Source of the DNA: Octopus sinensis
Taxonomy: Eukaryota
Reading direction: 5' to 3'
NCBI RefSeq assembly: GCF_006345805.1
Contig: NC_043003.1
Coordinates: forward strand, 89,652,001-89,716,000
Length of the DNA stretch: 64,000 bases
A program made the position numbers and the translations under genes. Below the pieces are notes generated by a model. That model saw only the letters and a list, made by a program, of their open reading frames with translations. It did not search any database and was not told where the DNA came from. Shown piece by piece: positions 14,831 to 25,713 of the stretch (positions are counted from its first letter, which is position 1; every line of letters begins with the position of its first letter).

Positions 14831-14908
14831 AGGTTAAAACTAAACAATATTCGTTAATTATAATTATATTAAAAGTATTATAATAATAATATTAGGGAAT
14901 AAATTATT

Positions 14909-15655
14909 ATTCCAACCTTACGACCTGGCAGTGTTATAGGAACGCTTTACCTGTTCGAGATAAGTTATCCAGACACGGAGTACCAGTGCCACCGACGCGT
15001 CCAAGATGCGGGGTGGACAAGGAAACTGTCCAGCACGCTATTGTACAATGTCGGGAGCTATCCAGCTTAATAAGTTACGTCGAACACGTACTGTTACATC
15101 TGGGACAAGTACAGCTGTCAGCTGAATCTATAATAAAGATGATACCGCCAACTGGACTCCCAAAGGAAGGTAAGGCTTGTTTTTACTGTATGGTTGCAAT
15201 ACTGAAAGAGTGTGTTTGGAGAAGGAGAACGGAAGGTTCGGTGAAAGGGTCCTTCATCTCTGACCCCGGTTTGCTGTCTTACCATCTGAAGAGCAAGATG
15301 GGGTTGGAGAAGAGGACTCTGCCACCGAGAGAATACGAGAAACGATGGAAGGATGTGATGAGAAAGGTGGGTGTTAGTAACCCAGCTTAATCATTGACGA
15401 AAGGAAAAGATCGTTGCTGGGCCTTATAGGCTGCCGGGTTCGATCTTTTTGAACTTTTATTCGTTTTCTTTCTTTGTTTTCGTTTTTTTTTTTTAAAAAA
15501 AGTTCTAGTTAAAGGGAAAATGAATCATTATATAAAATATTTTAAAGAAAATTTTTAACAGGTAACTCATTCGAACTCATATAACATTTTTTGTTTTTGT
15601 ATTGTCTTGTAATGTCCCTTTCTATGTACGATCATTTTGATCATAATAAAGATTC
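14909..15655 (+). mobile_element. 3' end of an L1/Tx1-type LINE
   Basis: TWQCYRNALPVRDKL..(C>R)PRC..ETVQHAIVQC C-terminal CCHC region, stop at 15390, T-rich 3' UTR, AATAAA at 15645-15650. Confidence 0.85.
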
Positions 15656-15675
15656 CAACTAGCAGGTCTCACTAT

Positions 15676-15721
15676 CCTGGACTGATGACGGGCAACACCC
15701 AGAAACATGCATGTCTTCAGG
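15676..15721 (+). ncRNA. type I hammerhead ribozyme
   Basis: Stem I CCUGGA/UUCAGG, core CUGAUGA (15682-88), stem II GGG/CCC with loop CAACA, GAAA (15702-05), palindromic stem III ACAUGCAUGU, and a GUC cleavage triplet ending at 15715. Confidence 0.88.
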
Positions 15722-15875
15722 TGCTAATCCTAGCTGGTGGGGGTGCTTGCCTCCCCTTCGCAAATATAAGGACACGGGAAATGTGTCAAAGCCGACAGGA
15801 AGCGTCGATGCTTCCTAGGGCTAAATAGCGGTGGTGTAATCCCCTTTACGGGACTGTCACGTTATGTTGACAGTA

Positions 15876-16204
15876 AAAAAAAAGACTCCGCCGGTTACGA
15901 CGACGAGGGTCCCAGCTGATACGATCAACGGAACAGCTTGCTCGTGAAATTAACGTGCAAATGGCTGAGCATTCCACAGACACGTGAACCCTTAACGTAG
16001 TTCTCGGGGATAATCAGCGTGACACAGAGAGTGACAAGGCTGACCCTTTGAAATACAAGTACAACTCATTTTTGCCAGCTGAGTGGACTGGAGCAACGTG
16101 AAATAAAGTGTCTTGCTCAAGGACACAACGCGTCGCCGGGAATCGAACTCACAACCTTACGATCATGAGCCGAATGCCCTAACCACTAAGCCACGCGCCC
16201 TCAC
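15876..16204 (-). mobile_element. tRNA-derived SINE (third family) with 12-bp TSD
   Basis: Minus strand reads TGGCTTAGTGG..GAGTTCGATTCCC with a poly-T end. TSD ATGTTGACAGTA at 15864-15875 and 16205-16216. Confidence 0.92.
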
Positions 16205-16554
16205 ATGTTGACAGTATACAACCACTCTATCGCTCCACCACCGCTCATGTCTCTTTGAGACATTTAGAAATTCAATATTTCTAATTAACCATATCTCTCT
16301 ATATATACTACTATGAGATCGTGTACACACATATACAGGCCGAAATTAACTTTCTTTACCCTACATGCTTTACAAACTGTGTTATACTATTGCACTAGCC
16401 TACCCATCGTGGTATAGCATATATTAAAGTAACGGCAAATAAATATTTCTTTACAACTTCAATCACTGTTCTGTTATCTTGCACACTGGCAACCGACATC
16501 TTAACAACAACTGTTACAATTAGTGACTCTCGACTGCAACGAATATTATTGCCG

Positions 16555-16623
<69 letters not shown>

Positions 16624-16920
16624 TAAGATTCAGTTGAATTAGGTACTTAAATTGAGATAAATTAGATCCGAGTAACATGCATACTCAACAATATTAAGTG
16701 AATATTAAGACTTGGTGCATAATTGCCGGCCACATGATATCCTTGCAGTGTATGCAGATAATAAGACCCAGCTGAGTGAAGAAATCCGCTCTTAGCTATT
16801 CCGACTTATACTTTATATTAAAAATACTGTCTATAATATTTACGAAGCGTAGATTCCAGGATAGGTGAATAAAACATAAGTGAGTAACAAAGAGGTACAG
16901 GTATCAATTCATTACGGCCG

Positions 16921-17609
16921 TTTCTAACAAATCTTTTAATTGATTAATGAGAACATTACATCATTGCAATCAAACCGTTTTCGTCAGATGAATTCACGAT
17001 CTTCAAACAGTTCAACTTATTCAAAACTAGCAGTATCGCCCGGCGTTGCTCAGGTTTGTAAGGGAAATAACTATAAAGCATTTTTAGAGAGTTATAGCCA
17101 AAAGATAGCAAAAAAATGGAAAAAAATTATGGTAAATTTCTTTTGAGAGTAAAAAAAGGTCGAGTTGCGTCCCCTAGACGGTCTGTGGTTTGGGCTTCTG
17201 ATTCTCGACCCCATGTCGAATTTATCGATTTTTTTCAGAACTGGGGGAACTTTTCAAAATTTTCGCTGCGTTAGTTTTGAATTATGACATTGGGCTATGT
17301 GTGTGTCAAGTTTCATCAGAATCGGTTGAAAGCCGTGGTCAGGGTGAGGGTACGAGAAAACAGACACACAGAAACACACACAGACAAACTGCCGTTTATA
17401 TATAGAGAGATAGTTAACAAATTCAGAATGTTTCTGCCAACTGAATGGTAGCAGGATCAATGTAAATATTTTTACTCCGTGAATTTGTTAACTATGTTGA
17501 ATAAATAGAATTGTCCTTTATGCTTGAAGATCATGAATTCATCTGACGAAAACAGTTTCTTTGCAAGGATGTAATGTTCTCATTAATCCGTTAAAGGAGT
17601 CGTTAGAAA
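16921..17609. repeat. old inverted repeat (~105-115-bp arms) enclosing a Helitron insertion
   Basis: gattaatgagaacattacatc..ttttcgtcagatgaattca (16942-16996) recurs inverted at 17533-17588. Confidence 0.8.
17027..17410 (-). mobile_element. complete non-autonomous Helitron (384 bp)
   Basis: 5' TC at 17410-17409 preceded by A, and 3' hairpin plus CTAG at 17030-17027 followed by T. This is the canonical A|T insertion without TSD. Confidence 0.9.
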
Positions 17610-17868
17610 TGACAGTAATGAATTGACACCTGTACTTCTTTGTTACTCCCTTACATTATATCTTATTAAATATAATTATCAATCATCAATTTTATGTCCA
17701 TTTTCTCTTTTTCTTTAAATATAGATAAACTTCAGTTTATTCTTGCCATTACCTATCATTTTTGAGCATTAATACTAATACTTATAATCACATATAAGTA
17801 ATACACCAGTTCATTCATTGAATACAAGTATCCCTTAGACGGTTGTTATAACCTTTAACTTAACTCAC

Positions 17869-17927
<59 letters not shown>

Positions 17928-18150
17928 TGTGTGTAAATGTAAAATCCAGGGATCGAGGTGTAGGAAGAAAGTTAGCTTCGAGCAATCCGTAGTGAATATA
18001 AAAAGCAACTTTCAGGAACAAGAGTGGTTTATTGAGAAGAAAGGGTGTGGATTTTTTTCTTTATCGAAGAATGATGAGCTGAAAAAAGTTCTTTTTATAT
18101 TCCACGATAGGCGACCAAGGTTACCGAGTGTGCGAAAAAGAATACAAGAG

Positions 18151-18474
18151 TAACAGAATGGAGTATGGAGAATCTGGGCTTCATATGATTCATAGTGAGT
18201 GTAACCTCAGAAGTGGTAAAATCCAAGTGAGGCGCATACCGCCGGCTACTCTTCAGGCCAAGGATATCTTGATTAGATTAAAGGCTACATTGTTGCAAGG
18301 ATGTTCTTGCTTCAACATGTACCTCTTTGCGGCAATGTAGTCTTTAATCTAATCAAGATATCCTTGGCCTGAAGAGTAGCCGGCGGTATGCGCCTCACTT
18401 GGATTTTACCACTTCTGAGGTTCCACTCACTATGAAACATATGTAGCCTGGATTTTCCATACTTCATTCCGTAA
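18151..18474. repeat. 150-bp inverted repeat with 24-nt loop
   Basis: Arms 18151-18300 and 18325-18474, 13 non-Watson-Crick positions by hand alignment, perfect over 18203-18283. Confidence 0.95.
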
Positions 18475-18484
18475 TTTTTCTATG

Positions 18485-18517
<33 letters not shown>

Positions 18518-18529
18518 ATACATACATAT

Positions 18530-18616
<87 letters not shown>

Positions 18617-18642
18617 AATATATATATATATATGTATATGTA

Positions 18643-18975
18643 TCATCATCATCGTTTAACGTCCGCTTTCCATGCTAGTATGGGTTGGACGATTTGACTG
18701 AGGACTGGCGAATCAGATGGCTGCACCAGGCTCCAATCTGATCTGGCAGAGTTTCTACAGCTGGATGCCCTTCCTAAAGCCAACCACTCCGAGAGTGTAA
18801 TGGGTGTTTTTACGTGCCAAGGCACGAGAGCCAGTCAGGTGTGGTACTGGCAACGGCCACGCTCAAATGGTGCTTTTTACGTGCCACCTACACAGGAGCC
18901 AGTCCAGTGGCACTGGCAACGACCTCGCTGGAATGTTTTTTCACGTGCCAGTAAGGCAATGCTGGTAACGATTAC
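18643..18975 (-). mobile_element. RTE LINE 3' UTR fragment
   Basis: Same sequence as the 3' UTR of the RTE at 53303-53790: (CAT)n-cgtttaacgtccgctttccatg..tctacagctggatgcccttcc. Confidence 0.85.
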
Positions 18976-18976
18976 A

Positions 18977-19085
<109 letters not shown>

Positions 19086-19202
19086 ATATATAATATATAT
19101 ATATATATAAATATTGAGGAGATAAATTAATATTAATTTTAATATCAATTTAAAACCAGTAGTCCAGCATTCAAAAATCTGAGAAGTCAGAGAAAATTCA
19201 AA

Positions 19203-19522
19203 TATATGTGTATATTGGCAGGGCTGGCCTGCTAGGTAGCCGGCCGAATGCTAGAAGAAGGTCATCAACGATCAAACTACAAGGGAAATTCTCTAGAGGA
19301 AGAATTCAGCGAACACCAGAACCAAATTTGGCGGGCAGGACATGTGAAAATTTAAATAAAAAACAGTTTTATTTAAATTTTCATATGTCCTGCCCGCCAA
19401 ATTTGGTTCTGGTGTTCGCTGAATTCTTCCTCTAGAGAATTTCCCTTGTAGTTTGATCGTTGATGACCTTCTAGCATTCGGCCGGCTACCTAGCAGGCCA
19501 GCCCTGCCAATATACACATATA
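19203..19522. repeat. near-perfect ~158-bp palindrome, 5-nt loop
   Basis: Arms 19203-19361 and 19367-19522, with one substitution (19344) and one 3-nt indel. Confidence 0.97.
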
Positions 19523-19527
19523 ATATA

Positions 19528-19560
<33 letters not shown>

Positions 19561-19562
19561 AC

Positions 19563-19966
19563 TAATTTAGAGACGAACCACCATTCCACAACTCAGTCAA
19601 TGAAGAACGCATCCAAAACCATGCTGTGAGATGTATACCATACAAATACTAATCTAAAATTTTAATAATATATAATATTGAACAGTAAGGTTATTACAAC
19701 CATATATTATATAAGAGTAAATACTTTTAAAATCACAGCGAATACCATACAAATAAATTCACCGGCAGATAAGTCATGTTTTCTAAATTTATTCTAAACA
19801 ATATCAACATAAGTTTTTTATCAATTTTATACACTAACACGTATTTACATTTATTTACCTTCTCCATAATGAATTAATCATGTTCACAATAATACTCTAT
19901 TTGAATATTTTCGTTCGTAGCTTTTAATAATATTGTCTTTAACTTAGGGATTACATTACAGGTTTC

Positions 19967-20049
<83 letters not shown>

Positions 20050-20509
20050 TATTCTTTATCATATTATGTGGTAAGTTAAACTTTTAGTTTTAGTTTTTTT
20101 CAGGAATCTGACCTGAGGAGTGACTGCTTTTGGGAGTAAAATCATTTTTCCGTTCAAATGAACTTGGATATGGTTTGCTTATATGATTTTATATAGTTCT
20201 AATACAGCCATGAAACGCGCGTAGTCGATGTACAAGTACTTACTTCTATACATTATATTATTGTATTACTTTTTATTGTTCAATTTTATACTTTATTTGA
20301 TTTTGTGATGAATGTTTCTTTGTATGGTATTCGCTGTGATTTTAAAAGTGTTTGCTCTTATATATTATATGGTTGTAATAATCTTACTGTTCAATATTAT
20401 ATATTATTAAAATTTTAGATTAGTATTTGTATAGTATATGTCTCATAGCATGGTTTTGGATGCGTTCTTCATTGACTGAGTTGTGGAATGGTGGTTCGTC
20501 TCTAAATTA
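19563..20509. mobile_element. Penelope-like inverted terminal structure (~190-bp arms) around a (TA)n tract
   Basis: Arms 19563-19753 and 20319-20509. It contains a hammerhead motif and an ATGGAGAAGGTAAAT (MEKVN) start-like remnant on - at ~19868. The PLE assignment is inference. Confidence 0.6.
20109..20227 (+). ncRNA. type I hammerhead ribozyme with 78-nt loop II
   Basis: Stem I UGAC/GUCG, core CUGAGGA (20113-19), stem II GUGACUG/CAGCCAU (one mismatch), GAAA (20212-15), stem III AC-GCGC-GU, and a GUA triplet ending at 20223. Confidence 0.65.
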
Positions 20510-20540
20510 CTTATATACATATATTATATAGTATATATTA

Positions 20541-22878
20541 TGAAATTCGGGTCCGCCCTGCCCTTCAAGGACAGAGGCCTTCCAGACCACTTCCGTACTA
20601 TGACCTCCACCTTGTTCACTACCTCGCCCCAATTCTTCTCCGCCTGGGAGTCCGGACCAAACTAAACTCCGAGCAACTTAACAGGACCATCTGTCCAGTG
20701 TCCGATGACACTGGACGATATCGTCTTGTTCCTCCTTGTTAACTTTTGTCCCTGCCACCGCTTCGTATCCCCGGAGAGCACCTTCTACACGAGGTAGTTG
20801 TGCTTCGTTGGACACAATGAGAGTGACGTCATCCGCATAGGCAGAAACAGACCTACCGCATCCGATTTCGTTTGGGTTGCCTCCTAACTTCTCCAACTCA
20901 AGTAATGACTCAAGAGCCAAAACGAACAGAAATGGAGACAAGGGACACCTTTGACGAACAGAACGCTTAATCGAAAACGGCTCCGTTCGGTAGCCGTTTA
21001 TCTGGACTGTGGACTTGATGCCGTTGTACATAGCGGAGACCCACCCGCGAAAGCCAGGGCCCAGCCCAGACCAGCCGCTACTAGGACCGCCCCCAGGTAC
21101 TGATGGTCTACCCGATCGAACATTTTACTTTGGTCTAAATGGACCAATGCCCCTCCTTTACTGGCTAATTTCCCAACCCTATCCAAGGTGTAGCGGAGAA
21201 GGTGAAGATTATCCTGGATCGACCTGCCTGGGATTGCGCATGTCTGCGCCTTCCCGCAAGTTTCTCCACGACAACCGTCAACTTTTTTGCTAGCACCTTG
21301 GCCAAAATCTTTAACTCTACATTAAGTAGAGTTATGGGCCTATAATTACTGATACTATCCCCCTTGCTCGGGTCTTTCTGGACCAGTGTCACAACTCCCC
21401 GGATCACAGAACTGGGAATCCTCCCATTCTGTTGCCAGTTTGCATAGACACCTGCCAGTAATTCCGCAAACAAGTCCGGTATACAACGATAAAACTCGTT
21501 GGGCAGACCATCTAGCCCCGGCGCACTCGGCCAACACCTCTTTTACCTCCTCGGTAGTGATCGGTCCTTCACAGCATTCAGCCTCACGTGTCGAAAGTCG
21601 CGGCCGACCGGCTAGGAAGTCCTTTAAGGGACCCCCCCCACCTCCACCCCGCTCAAGCAGACCACTCTCCCCGAATAACAGAGCAAAATGCTGGTGAAAG
21701 GCATTCTGCATCTCCTCCTGTCCATAGATCTTGTGCCCTCGCTCGTCCGTTAAAGACTTTATAGAGGACTTTCTACCTCTCTGACTCTCCACACGACGTG
21801 CCCATCCGGCAACATTAATACCTTCTCGCTTCCCTGCACGTAGCTTGGCTCTGGCTCTGCAACCTTCATGTTTGGCGTTGAGGTGGCGGTACAAGACCGT
21901 TCTCGCTGCCAACACTCTAGATGCACAGCCAGATTTCATTGCCTCATCTAAGTTCTTAACTAAATCGCCCTCTATTCTAGTCTTATCTAAACTTAGCTGC
22001 TTGATAAATCTAATGGACTCTAAACGGATGGCTCTTTTGATGGTGTGCCACCATCTATTGTTAATGATGGTTCCACATAATGCCCTCTGAACTAACTCCT
22101 TAATCCGAGTACGGAAAGCTTCACAAGTCAAAATAGACTTGTTCATTTTCCAGTACCCGGGTCCCTGTCTATGACATTTATCTACATGTACCTCACACGT
22201 CACAAGCTTGTGATCCGTGTAAGGCACAATACAAAATTGTGGACAACTGACACTATTCTTATCTCTTTCCTTAATAAATACCCTATCTAGGTACGATTTG
22301 CATGAGCCGTTGTTGTTACTCCACGTCCACTGTGGAACGCTCGGTTCATCCAGTCGGTAACGGTCTACTAGATTATAGTTCTCTAGTAGACTCTTGATGC
22401 AAGGATTCCCTTCCCTATCAGTTGAGCCCACACTATCGACCCGTGCATTGAGGATAGTGTTGAAGTCCCCTACCAAAATTAACGTTCTAGACGTTACTAG
22501 AAAGTGCTCCAGGTTCCGGTAGAACCCGGTCTGCCTACCCTCCATAGCAGCGTAGACAGCTACCAACCTGAAGGACTGTTTACTCACATGAGTCACATCT
22601 AGTACAACCAGCCTGCCTTCTGGGTCCAGAAAGACACTACTTATCTGTAAGTCTAAGTCCTTCCTGATAAGGATTGCCACGCCTGCGCCCCCTCCTCGGC
22701 TAGGAGAAATAAATTTCTCGTAACCATTCAGAAGAGACGAGAGCGCTTGAGGTCCACTCATCTTGGACTCGGTTACAATAACAACATCTATTCTGTGTGT
22801 CGCGAGGTCGTTCAGAAAACAAGTTTGTTTCCATCTCGACCCCATTCCACGCACATTCAAACAACCTAACTTAATCAT
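20541..22878 (-). pseudogene. L1/Tx1 ORF2 (APE-RT), frameshifted and truncated
   Basis: ORFs 21355-22878, 21165-21473, 20998-21186 and 20678-21031. Confidence 0.9.
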
Positions 22879-23599
22879 TGAAGAAAAGAAAATAATTTAC
22901 TTACGGTTGTGAGAGGGAGCATGGCAGTTTTTGTCTGCCAGCTTCCCCAGCACTCCCCGTAGCTGCTGGGCTTTTCACCGGCGTTGCCACCGGGCTCTAG
23001 TTTGGAGTGGCTGCCGGGCTGATAATTAGCTTCCCAGCTAATACCTCCTGGGTAACATCTTTTATGTTTTTGTTTAGTAAGTGTTCCTGGAGGAGCTTTC
23101 CTTTCCACTCCTCCTCTCCGACTTTTGCGTATCGTGTGTCGTAGTCCCCACCATTCACTTTAAAAAACTTTAATACGGCTATTAGCCTTGATTAGTAGTA
23201 AAACCTTCTCGTTTTTGTCATTGAACGCAATGATTTTATCTGGGGTTTTTTTTATCCTTTTAACACAGGGGGGTGGGGTTTATTAAAAAGCTGACCTACA
23301 AATGTAGTGTTAGCTGGGAGGGATTGGGGAATTTTTTGGTGTTGTTCTTGCGTGTTTGCGGTTTTTCTTTTTGCTTGGGGAAGGGAATCCGGGGTGATTT
23401 CTGTTTTTCGTTTGTATGTCACAGTTGTAAATTCCATTTGGTCGCTTTCCTTTTGTATTTTCTCTTCTTCTCTCTGTTCTTCATTATGTTTATCGCTTTG
23501 TTTTTTTTCCTCCTTTTGTTTTTCATTTTGCTTATTTTTTTGTCATTGTCATTTTCTTTTGTACCGCTCTCCTGTCTCACTGCATTTTGGGGAGGGACT

Positions 23600-24384
23600 T
23601 CAATTGTTGTTTTTTTTCGTACAGGTAGAGCGAACGTGGCCCTTCTGCCCACACTTGAAGCATCTGGGCCTACGTCCCTCCACCGACACACGAATTGTAT
23701 GTCCCTCCCCTACGGAGATCCTATCGGGCAAACTTTCGAGGGTTTGGTTGTCCCTGTGGACAACCATCTCTAAACTCTGGCCCCTCCAGTTTGTTGCCTC
23801 CTTCATTCTCATGGTCAGGATCAATATCTTCCCCTCCACGTCGTATATGACTGCCGTCGCTGCCCACATAACGTCGTACCCAGCCGGGATATCTTCTACT
23901 GTGATTTTAGCCGTTCGTCGGCCCAGATAAGTGGGCAGCAACATTATTTCGTCGTTTTTGAGAGTTTGTGTTGATATCTCCTTCGCCACGCCAGCCGACT
24001 CGAAAAGTGCTTCCGCTGTAGCACTTCTTACACCTCGGCTAATGTGGCGTACTTTATCCCATATGGGAACCATGCAACGCTCCACCACTTCATTTTAAAC
24101 TTCGGCAATCCTTTGTTCCTTTATATTAAACACCTTGTAGACTACAGTCTTTTCACGTATTGCCTGTACAGTTTCCTGTGGCGGTACCAGTCTGGTCTCT
24201 TCGCCATTTTTTACTATGATATTCCTGAACTGGAAGAGCTTTCCATTGCCACTTCCAGTTCAATTACTTTGCCTCCTACGGCTGCCGAAAAACTTGGTTT
24301 GTCCCTTTCAATTCCATTATTTCCGTTGTTATTGCTTGTTCCCACCTCGGGAAAATCTTTTCTCGACGCAGGGTCGCACTCCAT
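23600..24384 (-). pseudogene. L1/Tx1 ORF1 (gag-like, CCHC zinc knuckle), disrupted
   Basis: ORF 23600-24088, with an upstream ATG at 24384 separated from it by stops. Confidence 0.8.
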
Positions 24385-24600
24385 GGTAATCCAAAAAGAA
24401 ACTTGTCATAAATGACAAGAAATAAATTTTACAAATGCAAAAATTTTCTGACCCGTGGGGCGAAAATTACTGTATGTCACAAGACAACAGTTGAAATGAC
24501 ACAAATAACAAAAACAGAGACGAACTCACGATAACAAATAGGCAGCAATAGAAATATACGCGCAACGAGAATAAAGCAACCGACACCGAGGCTCTGAAAA

Positions 24601-25025
24601 AAGTCCTGCTAGTTGAGATACCTGCCAAGCCCTCGCAAATATATATATGTACAGTGAAATCTATTCACTGGTCACCGTAATATGAAATATTGAATTTCTA
24701 AATGTCTCAAAGAGACATGCGCGGTGGTGGAGCGATAGAGTGGTTGTATAAAGTCAACATAACATGACAGTCCCGTAGAGGGAATTACACCACCGCTATT
24801 TAGCCCTAGGAAGCATCGACGCTTCCTGTCGGCTTTGACACATTTCCTGTGTCCTTATATTTGCGAAGGGGAGGCAAGCACCCCCACCAGCTAGGATTAG
24901 CACCTGAAGACATGCATGTTTCTGGGTGTTGCCCGTCATCAGTCCAGAGTAGTAAGTCCTGCTAGTTGAGATACCTGCCTAGCCTTCGCAAATATATATA
25001 TTTACAGTGAAATCTATTCACTGGT
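24601..25025 (-). repeat. retrozyme-like tandem unit, 1.2 monomers (period 353 bp)
   Basis: gtcctgctagttgagatacctgcc starts at 24603 and again at 24956. Confidence 0.92.
24903..24948 (-). ncRNA. type I hammerhead ribozyme
   Basis: Reverse complement UCUGGA-CUGAUGA-CGGGCAACACCCA-GAAA-CAUGCAUG-UC-UUCAGG, with predicted cleavage between 24909 and 24908. Confidence 0.88.
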
Positions 25026-25210
25026 CAACTAGCAGGACTTACTACCCTGAACTGACGACGGGCAACACCCAGAAACATGCATGTCTTCAGGTGCTAATCC
25101 TAGCTGGTGGGGGTTCTTGCCTCTCCTTCGTAAATAATAAGGACACAGGAAATGTGTCAAAGCCGACAGGAAGCGTCGATGCTTCCTAGGGCTAAATAGC
25201 GGGACTGTCA
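25026..25210 (+). repeat. retrozyme-like monomer copy 3 (partial, head-to-head with copy 2)
   Basis: Starts at CAACTAGCAGGACTT and has a ~19-nt internal deletion near 25200. Confidence 0.9.
25046..25091 (+). ncRNA. type I hammerhead ribozyme
   Basis: CCUGAA-CUGACGA-CGGGCAACACCCA-GAAA-CAUGCAUG-UC-UUCAGG, with a perfect 6-bp stem I and cleavage after 25085. Confidence 0.88.
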
Positions 25211-25656
25211 CGATATGGTTAATGTTACAGAGAAAAGAAAGTGAGCTTGTGAAAGTTATAGAGTCGAGGGAAATTGTGTCTCATAGTTGGCTGGTTGAAA
25301 CCTTCTTTGTCCCTCTGGCCAATTTTCTTTGGTAGCTGCCTGCTTGTCACTATGGCTCTAGTAGCCTCACCAAATTCTGGTATTTATAACTATCCAAACT
25401 AATTAGAAAGATACACATATTGTTGAGAATACTAGATTTCGTTGGTAGTACCTGTTATCTCTATTCTAACTTTTGCTGAAATAGAAAAGGTTAGATGGGT
25501 CAAGTGGCAAAAACATTCTTCTGGTTAGCGAAGGCATTTGGTAAATGTAACTGCTGTCACTCACAGAAAAACTGTTGTTTTACCGTGAGAAAAGTGCTGC
25601 TGAACTGTTAAGTGAAATTTTGGCGATCAAGGATCGAATCCACGCTATGCCTGCAT
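25211..25656 (+). repeat. unclassified interspersed repeat (possible solo LTR), copy 1
   Basis: Diverged inverted copy at ~43730-44200, and both end GCCTGCA..CAACA. Confidence 0.55.
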
Positions 25657-25661
25657 AAAGC

Positions 25662-25713
<52 letters not shown>

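Larger units (their letters stand above)
15656..16285 (+). repeat. retrozyme-like monomer copy 1 (interrupted by a SINE)
   Basis: Aligns along its length with the reverse complement of 24690-24970 once the SINE at 15876-16204 is removed. Confidence 0.88.
20541..24600 (-). mobile_element. L1/Tx1-type LINE with intact 5' end, 3'-truncated
   Basis: ORF1 ~24384-23600 (disrupted, CFKCGQKGHVRSTC knuckle). ORF2 starts at 22878 with an APE domain (LNVRGM, GDFN, SYLDRVF, TDHKLV) and continues to RT (YRPITLLN, RQRCPLSPFLF, AYADD), broken off at ~20541. Confidence 0.92.

Noticed and set aside
23273-23930. Long plus-strand F/L-rich ORFs (166 and 207 aa)
   Set aside because: They are antisense to the A-rich Tx1 ORF1/spacer, and the same applies to 36582-37265 and 46156-46637.
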